This document shows positions 25,185-38,215 of a stretch of 64,000 bases of DNA, one piece after another. This DNA is from Glycera tridactyla (lineage: Eukaryota). The stretch is taken from NCBI GenBank assembly GCA_965644265.1, contig OZ286477.1, positions 27,156,001 to 27,220,000 of the forward strand, in the 5' to 3' direction. How positions within the stretch are numbered: position 1 is the stretch's first letter; each line of letters begins with the position of its first letter. The notes beneath the pieces were generated by a model. That model had not been told where the DNA came from, made no database searches, and saw only the letters and a list, made by a program, of their open reading frames with translations. A program made the position numbers and the translations under genes.

Positions 25185-25399
25185 GCGCGTAAGGCAGCTT
25201 GCTCATCAATCAACATTTAGAGCAGCTTTGTAGGCAGCCTCCTAGTGTCAATAAGACAGCGAGAGTGCCATCTATCAGAGGACGTGAGCAATAAATCCTG
25301 GCTCTCTGCTCACAGTGATGAATGTTATCCGATTCACACGATGCCACGCAAAAAGACAAGATAATGGATGTCGTTACGTCACATGAAAAAAATCACCCT

Positions 25400-25650
25400 A
25401 CGATGATAAAGGAAGGGGTGGCATTTGCATGGCAAGAACAAATGGGGGAGAATCAGGTGGGCAATTCGTCATCGGTTTGCTGCCGAAATGACCTTGTTGC
25501 GACGTTGAATCTCCCCAAAATCTTCGTCATCATCACGGCAGATTTAGATGAAAACCTTGATAACTTTCCAGGTTGCCCATTATCCTATGTTCAGGGTTTG
25601 CGTGAGTGAGGCCTGCAAAGGATAGACCATCTAGCTCACATTGACAAGGA
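25400..25650 (+). mobile_element. Internally deleted LINE RT relic
   Basis: One frame gives GENQVG...RNDLVATL...FVIITADLDENLDN...PGCPLS (like ENQ.GFR, D..L, F.D..KAFD and QGCPLSP). The reverse complement of about 25560-25615 matches 17451-17505 at roughly three quarters of positions. Confidence 0.5.
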
Positions 25651-26655
25651 ATACGCGGCATACATCAGTTGATACATGCCGTTGAACGCCAATCTATCAA
25701 TCAATCTCAACCCATAACAAAAATGGAGCATTGATACCATCAGAGGATCTCTGAGGTGTCAATTTTTCTGAATGTAAAAAAAAAATTGAATGAAGTTGGT
25801 CAGAATGCTGCAGTTTGATTTGATTGTCCTTTTGAATATCTCCCAGGAGTGTATGGGCGATCATGCAACATATATGATTTCTTCATGCAAACATTCTAGG
25901 TGGTGAATGATTGATCGATCCAATCATCCATTCATTCATTCATACAATGAGACACATTTTTTTCTGTGTTATGAGATATGGGTAGAGATAATCCTGAAAT
26001 CCTATCTGTTCAGGCCCAGTGCGAAGATGATCAGGTGTTGACAAGGCACCAAGGACTTGGATACAATAAACAGTGCATGGACCGGACCGTCGAGTATATT
26101 TTAGTAGGAAGTATAAACAAGTATGCATAGCCCTGTGGACATACTCCAATGTGAACACCAAAACAGTGCGAGATATTCATGCAGACTTCAAAGCCACCAT
26201 GCATAGCTCATTTGTCCTGTGCAATGTGATTGGGGCTCTGGAATGGTCTTGCTCAAAGCTGTCTTAGACAGTGTATTATTTCAAGTATAGGGAATGAGCT
26301 ATCAATGCCTCACTTGGCAGCATTGACTTTCGAACTCGACTACCTCTTACAATAACGTATACTACTTAATGTTCATTCTGCTCTTAGCTGTCGTGGTTTG
26401 GGGCACACAAGGAAAGTAAGGGCAGAACCCACAGGATCGAGAACGATATAGTTCTAGGACCTATTCGGGAGAGTTTGAAATGAATAAACTATCAAACATT
26501 GAAGCAGACATATGGCTATGACTGTCAAGAAAATGACTGGCCCCTGCACTCACTAAATTTACTAGGGTTACGACGAAGTCACATTGCAGCCCAATCTATC
26601 ATCTGAGAGAGAACATGTTGCACTACCTGGATAAATCCTGCATGATCATACTCAC

Positions 26656-26816
26656 ATAGTCCAGGCATGCATACCAACTACTTGTGCCACCAGCACTAGG
26701 CCTGTGTCCAATTGCTTGCTCATGCAAGACATGATGCTGCCTCCATCCATCACGAATTAAAGGCCATCCATCTTGGCAGCAGTAGAGTCTACCGGATGCT
26801 GATTGATGAAGCTCAT
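26656..26816 (-). other. Candidate 161-nt internal exon (orphan)
   Basis: Acceptor TGTTTTTTCTCAAACTAG and donor TAT|GTGAGT. One frame is open: ELHQSASGRLYCCQDGWPLIRDGW...WYACLDY. No recognisable domain. Confidence 0.2.
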
Positions 26817-27289
26817 CTAGTTTGAGAAAAAACATCTTAGAATCTTAATTAAATCCACTTATTTGGCCGATTTTCTGCCCATTCCTATTTCGACCTTGGT
26901 GTGCAGGCACGATAACATTGAATATACTCAACGTTCGAACTCACCCACCATCAATCACCAAATTGATTTCTGGAAAAAACGACCCCATCTTTTGAAAAGA
27001 TGGAGTTTCTGCTGGCATTCGAACATCATCAATTCTCTGTATGTAGTACAATATAGGACTATGACCAGTCATATGTATATCTTAAAGGTTTACTGATTTG
27101 CCATAAAGGCTTTCACCCCATCTCCAAAGTTCATACCAGGGTAATGGGTGTACGACACACACATACCCACACACACACACAGACACACATATGCACAAAC
27201 ACACATACACACACTAGTGTTGGATCCAGGTTGGGGAGTGGTTCAAATGACACACATTTGCTATCCTTGCCTTCTTTTCGAAATGATGG

Positions 27290-27460
27290 TGGGCCAAATA
27301 CCTCCATATTGTAGGAATATTATACTACTATTCCATTATTTTTGCCAAATACCTTCATATTGTGGGAATATTATCCAACTATTTCCAGTATATCGGCCAA
27401 ATGCCTCCATATTGCATGTGGGGATTTTATACCACTATTTCCACAATATTGCCTCCAACT
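27290..27460 (+). repeat. About 50-bp tandem repeat x3
   Basis: GCCAAATACC.CATATTG..GGAATATTAT...ACTATT.CCA occurs three times. Confidence 0.85.
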
Positions 27461-27589
27461 TGGTGAAATTTCTGGATGCATCCCAGACATACATACACAC
27501 ACGTATGCACGCACATGCTCATAATTACGTTCAAGTATCCCTACACAGACACACAAACAAGTACATCCAGATGTTCACACACATACGCT

Positions 27590-27636
27590 CACACAGATGT
27601 ACTCGCACACACGCTCACACGCACACACGCACACAT

Positions 27637-27692
<56 letters not shown>
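27590..27692 (+). repeat. (CA)n microsatellite
   Basis: Directly visible. A further CA-rich tract lies at 27160-27215. Confidence 0.95.
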
Positions 27693-28949
27693 ACAGCTTC
27701 ACGTATGCACCGAACAGTCAAAGTAACGACCTCCGGCCATGAATCAAACTTAATTTCCGCGAGCACACAGCTCAATTAAGGCGAACAGCTTCACGTAAAT
27801 GACGGGACCTGCTACCTTGAATCTCCGAGCTTTCACTCTTCCATCACCAATCTTCTTCACATCCTTCTCATGCAAGACACCCACTCTGTCATTCCCGATA
27901 TTCACCGAGGAAAGAACATAAAATTTTCCCTTCTATAGAACTCCAGTGAATGATGAAATGATCATGTCATGATCGACACCCGTCATGTGTCGTCTCTATT
28001 CTCTCATTTCTGAAGGTCACGCAAAGGGCGTCAGACACAATATGTGAAAGCAATACATAACAATGGTACCCGAAATCATTTTGACCCTCTCCTCACCGAG
28101 TTTCAGGTGTGGCCAAATCAATAATCTTTCAACATCCTGAGAAATTGCTTTCAAGCAAATTGTCAGAATTTCCTCAAAATCCCGAGAAACAAACTGAAGC
28201 TGACTTCGTATTTGGGGAATCATTGCATTCTGATTGGAAGTTTCAGAACATGGAATTTCGAGAACATATTTTGAAATTCTCAACAAACTTCTCTTTTTGA
28301 GAATGAAGTATGCAGGAGATAAACAGAAAAACTTGTTTTCAGAGAACAAGAACAATGGTAAAATCTTGATTGATTCTTCAGGTGGGCAAGTAAATTTTCT
28401 TGAAACCATCCCAACCTCTAGTTGTATTGTACTGAGCCAACCTGCTGTGTTATCCTTGCCCCAAACGTGAAAAAAATTGCCTGTATGCCTGTTCTATTCT
28501 AATAGTCACCGCCATCACTCTAGCAAAACTAACTCAGGAACATGATAAATCAGACTGCCAAACGTCATGCAATACAACCATTAAATCTCCCAGTCGTGGA
28601 TGACCATTTTTTTTTTGACCGGTGCCTGGTATCATTCAAAACGGCGATGTAAAACTATTTTTATAGAATTAGACAAATTCAAATATCAAAAGGCACATTA
28701 GCCTAAAAATAAGACGGCGATAAAATGTTCAGCCAAGTTCAACAATCATCTCTGCATTGCTGATTACCCCGAATAGTTTCCTATTATCGGTTGTGATAGG
28801 ATATATGATTGGTTGGTATGAGATGTTGGGGAATGTGAATCGTTGTCAAGTGGAATAGCTGACAGTTCAGACACACATCTAACATCATAGTAGGACATGA
28901 AGATGGTGAACCTTGAGTACATAGATCCATGCATATGTGGCCACATATA

Positions 28950-28997
28950 TATGCTATATAATATCTATATATATATCTATATATATATCTATATATA

Positions 28998-29041
<44 letters not shown>
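28950..29041 (+). repeat. (TA)n microsatellite
   Basis: Directly visible. Confidence 0.97.
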
Positions 29042-29046
<5 letters not shown>

Positions 29047-29145
29047 CTTAATATACAAGTAGACACCTGCTTGAAGTACACGGCTTGGAATTGGTTAGCA
29101 GCGTGTTGACAGGCTCATTAGCTCGCTTAGAAGGCAACATCACCT

Positions 29146-29199
29146 GAGCATGCGCAGATGTGACGTCATAAATGAATGCCAGCGCAGTGCATCACGGGA
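29146..29199. promoter_or_regulatory. NRF1-like, CRE and ZNF143-like motif cluster
   Basis: GAGCATGCGCA (29146-29156), TGACGTCA (29161-29168) and TGCATCACGGGA (29188-29199). Confidence 0.5.
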
Positions 29200-31934
29200 C
29201 GCGAGATGTTGTTAGCGGCTGCATGATTAAGATGGATGCATCTTGTTTTCAATTTATTGACGAGCTTTTAACTCGGACTTACATGCTGGTTAATAACCTG
29301 AGCTAGGTATCACCTGCTCTCTCAGATAGCTTCTATTATTATGATTGATATATGGCCAAACGATCACGTGTGTCGCCTAGCCTCGATGTAATATTAAATC
29401 TGATCTTGCATCCATCATCTACCTTTTCCAAAGGGTGGACCTTAGCCATTGAGCATCTTCCTAAATAGGTCCCTTATGATGATTTTTATCCTCTTTCAGA
29501 CACTTGTACAAGAGGAGTTATGGGCAGGGGTTCCCTTTTTTTCCGTTATGGCAGCAGCTTCTATGAATCTTCTGCAGAAATGTCATATACATCATCAAGG
29601 TGGAGAGGCCCTGTTACTCTATGGAGAAGCTTGGAGCGTGGCACTTCTCTTTGCTTCAGGTTTTGGTGATATATTTGTCCAACTAAATGTTCGTTTGTAT
29701 ATTGGTTGGTTGACTGCTTCCTTGGATAGGTGGTCACTCTGTTGGTTCATCAGAATTTCCTTTGAGACTACCTCTGTTGAGATATCACTTGTTGGTGAGA
29801 TTCAGAGAGGTTTTCCGTTGAAAGTTTCACGTAGAGGCATCCCATGATACTCTCCCTATAAATATATTTCGACTCCCGATGCGATAAATTGACAAATCAT
29901 TGGACTCTCAGAAGCCATTACACAAAGATGTACCACGTGGAAGCAAAGAAATGCGCACTTTTTCTTTAATTCCCTACCAGTTATCGCTCACTCCATTGAC
30001 ATTTTGTCATCCTACATCATCCATTTCACAGTTTATGCACAAAATGAGATACTCTTTGACTACCATTCACCAGAAGCCATATTCCCCATGCATTTCAGCC
30101 GCAGTCAATGTTGTTCTCAGTTCAGATATCACTTCGACAACAGAATTGAGGGGAAACAAACCATTTCCAGTTGTCATTACTCCTGGCATGGTTTGAGAGA
30201 TACAATACATTACTTTATCAATCTTCATTCGATCGATCATACATACTCTTCTCTCACATTAGTGTCAGTTTCCTACGAATTATTGGCATTCTCAAGATTT
30301 GATGAAAAGTAGAAGGGGTGCTGTAATCTGGCTAGAAGTTCCAGTACATCTAAGGATACAGGTCAAAGACTCAATCTAATTCCCGAAATGTTCTCATTTC
30401 ATCGCCTACACTGATTCAGCAAATTCTTATGCACTCTATACAGGACTCTGTGATTGCTTCAGAAATATCCCAGGTTGTTGGTGGGGTTATGGATGCATTC
30501 AGAGTGGAATTGATGGAGGGGTGGAAGCCGAGACAGGGCGATAATGGTCTCATCATTAAAACAAAGGTGTATAATAACATCTCGCCATATTAAATCAGGT
30601 GATTCATCCGCTAATGTAACGCCTAATACGCTGTACATTTCCATGTGTTCTCCCTAATTAGGCCATCACTCATACTCTGACAATAACATAAGCAGACATG
30701 GGTGCTCTGCTCTGCTCAGAATTTTTACCATAACTGATACAACACATCCAAAGGCATGTGCGAATATTGGATACTTCTTGCCTTACCGGCAGAATGAATT
30801 TCAACAGATTGGATGTAGTCATGGTAATCAATTCGCATCCGCGCCTAAAAAGGGGTGAAGACGGAACTGCATGGAGGTGTCCATAGAGGGGAGAGTGAAA
30901 TGGGGACATAGATGGTAGCACCTATATTGGGGGTGTTGAAGACAGGTGTTTTGTTTTAATTCATTTCCCAACCATTTCAAGTATTATATCACACTGTGTT
31001 GTATTATATCATACCGTATTGGACACAAAAAATTATCAGGGAATAAGACTCGGGTATGATTGGACTACCTCCTGTAAAGTTCGAACATATTTGCTCATTT
31101 TTCTGAAATTGAACATTGGGTTTCTAAGGAGCTCGTGCCACCCACTACCCATTTCCTGAGCTTCTCAATATAGCTTTGACTGCTCAATCTACCAATTAAC
31201 AGACCTATGTGAACAACCGATCTGCAGATCATACTTGAGATATTGGAGTCAGGTTGGCCCATCTTCCCTCGAAGCTTGACACAACTATGCTGGGCATTTT
31301 AGGGGAAGACTGTGTCTACCTTTCAATGCACTTCATCGATATCCAATTCCAGGATGAATATGCTCGAAGTCCTTTTTGATGTAATCATCATCACAATGGA
31401 AGTTGCTGCGGTTGCTGAATGCCACGGAGCTGCATCAGTCATCGCTGCCATCTCCGACACACCAAGACAAACTATTTAATAATTCATTACTCATTATTCC
31501 TTGTAGCCATCTCATTTCTACACGCCATCCATCAAAACTAGAGGAAACTTGGATGTGGGTTTGTGCACGTAGTTAATCATTGTCCAAAACTAATATACCG
31601 AACAATACCAATATACCGAATATCACAAAATTGCCAAAATATGACCAGAAACAAAAGATGACTGATATGTATGCATACTGACAGTGGTATATAACATTCT
31701 TATACCATCTGTGATATGTTGATGAGGGTTGGTTATAGTTTTGAAGATTAGGTGTATTTGGCGAGGTCCATGTTTCAGTGAGGACCTTTATCATAAGCCT
31801 GGCGTCGCTCTGTCCTGTCACAAGACACAGCGCTTGGCTAGTCCGCAGCTCACCTGATCTATTGCTATATGTCGAGCTAGCTTTATATCGGATATCAACA
31901 ACAGGTCAGCCATTTTGAAATTGAAGACTGATCT

Positions 31935-32626
31935 TCATCTCCTATCTCCCATCTACACAGCTAAGATCTCTCATCTTTCTTATAGACTGGCTATTTCATG
32001 TAGTCTCACTGAGACCATTGCAACCCATATGATAGGCTACTGCATATCTCTATATGAACCTCCCATCTACAGCCAAGATCTCCCATCTTTCTCAAAGACT
32101 TGGCTATTTCATGTAGTCTCACTGAGACCATTGCAAACCATATGATAGCCTACCGCATTTCTCTATATGAACCTCCAATCTTCAGCCAAGATCTCCCATC
32201 TTTCTCAAAGACTTGGCTATTTCATGTAGTCTCACTGAGACCATTGCAAACCATATGATAGGCTACTGCATTTCTCTATATGAACCTCCCATCTACAGCC
32301 AAGATCTCTCATCTTTCTTTATAGACTTGGCTATTTCATTTAGTCTCACTGAGACCATTACAACCCATATGATAGGCTACTGCATTTCTCTATATGAACC
32401 TCCCATCTACAGCCAAGATCTCCCATCTTTCTTATAGACTGGCTATTTCATGTAGTCCCACTGAGACCATTGCAACCCATATGATAGGCTACTGCATTTC
32501 TCTATATGAACCTCCCATCTTCAGCCAAGATCTCCAATCTTTCTCAAAGACTCGGCTATTTCATGTAGTCTCACTGAGACCATTGCAGCCCATATGATAG
32601 GCTACTGCATTACTCTATATGAACCT
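31935..32626 (+). repeat. 113-bp minisatellite, about 6 units
   Basis: TATATGAACC at 32051, 32164, 32277, 32391, 32503 and 32616. Units are highly similar. Confidence 0.97.
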
Positions 32627-32699
32627 GACTTCGGGATTAGTTACCTTCAATCTGTGGCCAAAATACCCATGCAGAATTGTTTTGAATGATCAACCAACC

Positions 32700-32830
32700 A
32701 ACGAACCATCCCATCTTGATTGCTAACCTATTTCAGATTCAGACATAACATTGGATTTTCTGACAGCTTAGTCTGCCCTTGTAGCCCCGAAAGTAAAAAT
32801 ATCATAGGTCATATCTCAAACTGATGAGCC
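32700..32830 (+). mobile_element. Possible LINE ORF2 C-terminal zinc-knuckle relic
   Basis: LTYFRFRHNIGFSDSLVCPCSPESKNIIGH resembles HLFRHNI..S..C.CG...E...H. Confidence 0.3.
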
Positions 32831-33915
32831 ATTTATTCATCCATTCGTCCATGCCCGACAGCGAATAGGAATGTGGGCCTGCTGAGACATAGTGGGATAT
32901 ATTGCTTTGATGAAAAAATAGAACCAAGGGTCTTACGCAGTGTAGTCACCTGGAGTACAGAGGATGTATGAAAGTGTCCACTTGTGAGATCCACACCACG
33001 TTACAATAAATTGAAAATCGTGTCTACCTGGAAGAGTCAATAACTGTTTCTTGGACCCAAATCCTGCATTCCATCACGAATCATGCTACTCGGCAAAATC
33101 AAGACTTTCATCATGATCCTATAGTGATTAATATCGCTGCTGCTCTTCGAAATTGGCATTGGTATCACTCATGTCTTTCTGATGTTGACATCACTGTGAT
33201 TGGTCATTCAAGGTCACCGGTAACTTAGTTGATAGCTGTTCCAATACTTCTCCTAGACAATCTCAGGGATTACCTCCAATTTTTTTTTTCAACAACCTCG
33301 CTTCTCCAGGGTAGGTATGGATTCGATTCTCCCAAAGATACTCCCACATGTCATACCTGCTTGCTGTGATAATTTATGATAAATTCCACCATATATTGGG
33401 CAGGTAAAGATAAAAAGGAACACCCTGCTGAGAAAAGAATCCTGCTCAAAGCATGTGTGTGATTAACGTTTTGGCACCTGAAAAGCATTTCGACACTTAG
33501 CTACTAAGATCATTATTGTTCCCACCTGGGATATAAACATCTGTTCATCATTCCATCAAATAAGGTAGCTCAAACAGACCTGTGGCTGGCCAACATGCCA
33601 TGTTAACTCATTTTATTCACATCAAGTTTTCGTGAATAACCTGATCCAATTTACTTTCTATTTCAGCTAGGCCTTTTGGCATAAAAAATAGATTAGATTT
33701 GCCACCTGTTTTGTCACTGTCAGAGTGAATCCAGTGTGGGCTTTGGAAAACTGGTTGTAATATGGAATGAGATGTCTAACCCATCTTATGAACTCACAAT
33801 TTTTCCCAGTTGAATCTGAGAGATAGTATTTAGCCTGATATATAATCACAATGATACCCTTCTTACATTTCCCTCCAACTGCCACAGAACCACAGTTTCA
33901 TGTATTAGCATGATG

Positions 33916-34051
33916 CAGAGATTCCAACCATTGTGATTCTTGAGAAATGCCCTCTATTCTTGGGCCGAAATGTTAGCATTTCATGCCCTTCATTTCCCAC
34001 TCCAATTTGCCCATTGCAAGTATTATGAGTATTACAAGGTTGGCATCCTTG
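33916..34051 (+). mobile_element. MITE family A copy
   Basis: CAGAGATTCCAACCATTGTGATT at the left end, GTTGGCATCCTTG at the right end, and internal CCCATTGCAAGTATT. Confidence 0.7.
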
Positions 34052-34509
34052 ATTAAGCATTTACCTTGGATCGGATTTTCCAAGAACTGGGAAAAGATCA
34101 TGACTGATCGATAACATTGTAGACATGGCCTGGTCAGTCAGTGAATGCAAGGGTAATTTGACCATGATGAAAAATAACTCGCCACATTAGGCCTCACTGC
34201 CACTCAGAGGTGTATCAATCCTCAGTTGATTTGGGTTGATGAATCAACAACACATTTCCAAGAAATCATCAGATATGATGCAGTAGGCCACCTATAGCAC
34301 CTATAATTCCACGATGGAAAGTCTCATTGGTATTTATATTGCAATAACTTATAATTCTGGTTCAAAAAGGCGTTTAAACATTGAAGGAGGCATGGAGAGA
34401 GGCCCCCTCCGAATGCCTAACGGTAATATATGAGCACACCCATGATAGATGCTTTGCTGGACTCGCATCTGTCTTCATTTGCCATGTGTGGCGTGCGTAT
34501 AGATTCCTA

Positions 34510-35140
34510 TTACACTCCCACTCATCTGTTAGTATAGTGAACTTCATATACAAGATATAGTGTACTGGAACATGGTCGTGATCCTCAAACTTGGACGCTC
34601 CTACTCATTTGTCTGTATAGTGAATTACTTTCCAAATACAATTTACTTGATCATGATCATAATTTCCACTTTTGATGAATGTTTCAAAGTGCATTTCGTC
34701 TCCTATACATCAGATGTATTTCACACTTACTGAGCGCTTCACATTTCTTTGGTGGACGATCTTATCACACTCCCCCTTATCTATCAGTAAAGAGAACTTC
34801 ATACAATATATGATGTACTAGAATATGCTCATGATCCCCAACTTCGCTGGATGCTTAACTATCCTTAGAAGATATGAGGTACTTTATCATTATCATAATC
34901 ATGATTCTCATACTTGATGAATATTTCAAAGTGCTTCTCTTGACCTGCTCATTCGTCCCATATTTTGCAGAACCTAATAATCATATGTACGCCACATTTG
35001 CTGTGTGCTTCACGGTCCTATCCATCTCATAGTTCCGATCATTGTTACTTCCATCATGTTCCTGTTTTTCCCTCTTGCTGAATGTTTCAATGTGCTCGAG
35101 TGGACGTTGCCATTCATCTGTGAATAACTGTGATCACACT
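34510..35140 (+). repeat. Degenerate tandem duplication, about 255-bp unit, about 2.5 copies
   Basis: GAACTTCATA..A.ATAT..TGTACT.GAA.ATG.TC.TGATCC.CAACTT and ..TTGATGAAT.TTTCAAAGTGC each recur about 255 bp apart. Confidence 0.7.
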
Positions 35141-35559
35141 CTTTAGGGACTTGATTTTCCCTTGTTGGTCTTTCATACCCATCCATTAGAACTATCTCTT
35201 AGAAATTTGATCCCAATCGGGTCCATCATGTTTCAATGTACAATGTACAATGTATACCGTACCTGAACTTCACACTCACTGAGTACTTCATTTATTTTGT
35301 TCTAACTCATCGGTCAGGAACGGGAAAATCAGAAAATGGTTATGGTGATACGAAATTCAGGAAATTTAGATTCGATTCGGTGCCGGCATTGTCTCGTCGA
35401 TGGTGAGATACATCATTCATGACATAATCGAAATGCTTGTGTGTGCACACCATAGTCAATTGCTCGCAGACAGTGGATAAACCATGTATGTCCAACTATT
35501 ATTAGAGCAAGGCCGATTTTCTTCAAGCTGATAATCTTTCAATCTTTTGTCATGTTTTC

Positions 35560-35950
35560 TACATAGCCAGCATCTCTCTCGGTTATCTATGTCAAATATT
35601 CGTTTATTCGAGTTTAGCCTCTATGGTATGAGGCAAGGCGCACTTCTGATTCCTCCATTATCTCATGTATGTCCTGATATGATATGGTGTGTGATTAATA
35701 CAGAACACGGGCTAACAAAGTGGTATGACGTTTATTGCTTATTGGTACAGACAACTAGCAGGTGGTCATTAATGAAGATGCTTTCAAGCAATAAGAACAA
35801 GCAAGAAATATCAGGCAAGGTATCGCAGGTATAAATCTGACACTGATATTGCGTGGAGAAGTGTGTATATCATGTAGGTAGTCGGCCAATTAATGGAATA
35901 TCCGCATATTTATCATGTGGAGTATTGTGCGGCAGGCACTGCTGTGTATA
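35560..35950 (+). mobile_element. Possible RTE-type RT relic
   Basis: YGMRQGALLIPPLSHVCPDMIW resembles TGVRQGCLLSPLLFNI..D.IM. Confidence 0.35.
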
Positions 35951-37699
35951 TGAACATATCGAGCTAACCACTATATCTACCTACCTGGACGATAAATTAG
36001 CCACCTGGTACCCAAATTCCCTCATTCGTCACAAGGTCATTGGATACTAAGTAGACTGATGTATGATCCTGGAATCCGTGGCTTCATTTCATTGTTGGTT
36101 TTTATGGAGGCGTATGTGGGAGTATGATGATCCTGAAAACATCTTAGATCACAAAATCAAAAAAGAACATCCTGCAATTTTCAGTGGAGGGTGAAAGGCA
36201 ATTTCAGATATCCTGTAGGACCTGAGCCACCTTCTCAATCCAGGATAAGTCGTGCTATGTTTGTTCGATTTCAACGCACAATCACTAAGGATATCATTCA
36301 ATGAGGTTTTGAGACTCTTCACAGCTTTATCCAGAGAGGTGGCATGAAAGTGAGGCATACTTCCGACTGATGCTGTATCACTTCACTCTCCTGTCAGTTT
36401 GATCATTTGGCCCATATTCATTCGATCAATGTACCCTTGGTCGCTCTTCTCCGAACTTGGAACCTGCTCGGTCATTGGATGTTGAGGCATTGAATTTGAA
36501 ATCATCCTGTACTTTGCCAACGGATCTGTCGACTTTTGATAGCCTACTGTGATTGATTGATTGATTGTTCTCCCCGTGGCTATATTGAGACACTGGAATG
36601 CCAGCGATGTCAATCCATGGTTTGGGAATAAGTGGAATCATTTGGACAATATTTCGATCCCTTTTATCTAACATTGCAACTATTCTTTTTTTCAATTAGA
36701 AAGAACGTCATCAATGCAATGTCTGATTATCGAAGGTAGAGATCCTCTGTATGGGCAGGCATCGGATTGTTTAGGTCCCATCAATCTGTGTGAGTGATCA
36801 AAGATGGAACTATGAGAGTGACACCACCATGATATGTTTTTGTATCTGACTATCGTGGCTAGGATGGCTGTATCGAGTCGGATTCTCTATGATCTACTTT
36901 GTTCAACTCTTCATAAAGCGTCTGGTAGAATACTTTTGAAGTTATTCATTTCCTGCTTTACTGAACTTTGGGGCTTTACTTCAATCCATCCATTGTCTGA
37001 ACAACACGTCACTTTCGAAGTCTGCTTAGCATGTTAGTTGGAACAGAGCGTCCACGGACCCAAACTTGTATCTTGCAAGCAATTCATCAACGTATTTTTC
37101 TGCGGAGAGAACGGTACATTCTACAAGCAAGACTTGCAGGCAATTCATCCTTGTAGGACACGGCGAATGATTAAATGACCAGCCGGGTAAGGCATTCATC
37201 ACATCATTTCACTTTCGGTTTAACCGAGGAAGTCCGCCGAAACCCATAATGAATGGCGACCTGGGAAAGCAGGCATTAATCTTAAGTCCGTCTCATCAGT
37301 GAAGAAGTGCAGAGGCGGAGTGATACATGCGCTGCACGTAGTGATTAGATAGTGCGTAGTAATTTAAGGGCAACGCCAAGTGATTGTGTGATGAGCGACC
37401 AGGGCCCATTGAAGGAGATTGACTCAGCCGGTTGAGAATTTGGGAATGATGCAGAGGACAAAACATCAAAGGCATTCATTAGGTATCATATAGACAGGTC
37501 GTCACTCGCATGGCTTGCATGTCAATGCCAAGAAACCAATACTCTAGAGAGATCACAGTGCGACATAAATAACAGACGGGCAAATGTAATGGACTCAAGT
37601 CGCTGGCATGTTATCTGTTATTTCCTTCTGTCATATGTTGATAGATTGACTCAAAGAACGCCCGTTTCTGACTACTACACTCTTCAACGGTGATTTCTA

Positions 37700-38215
37700 C
37701 TCCTTATTATTGATGACTTGTCCTCGACCTCACTTCTGTACTTGGTCATTTCGGGTCGAACAGATCAGAAGCAGGCCCACATCTCATCCTACCAAACATT
37801 GGAGATTTACCCGTTCCTTCTGTCTGCAAGTTACCAGGCGAACTAGATTTTGGCCACTAGGCTTCGTCTCAATGTATTCTGGAAGTGATACACAAGAATG
37901 CCATGTTACACGCAGTCACCATGACCAGGATGATTTGACTGATAGCATAAGATCAAGAAAGATTAACATGGTACCAGAGTTGGAAAATGAGCCGGTTCTG
38001 ATTTATAATTATTGTGTAGCTTGTTTGAAGTGGTCCATCCACTCGTGATTGTGTTGCTTGAAGATTTTCAAAGCCTGATGTATTCCATTTCCCAAGTACC
38101 GTGCTTTGCTCGAAGTGGAAGCGATGGTTTCAGGCTCAACAGCCAGCCTACCAACTTTTAGATGCAATACTACTGAAACCAAAGGACTGTTCCTTTGACT
38201 TGTTCCAATGTTCAA
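37700..38215 (-). mobile_element. Possible CR1/L2-type LINE RT relic
   Basis: TSSKARYLGNGIHQALKIFKQH resembles KYLGV.ID..L.F..H. Confidence 0.35.
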
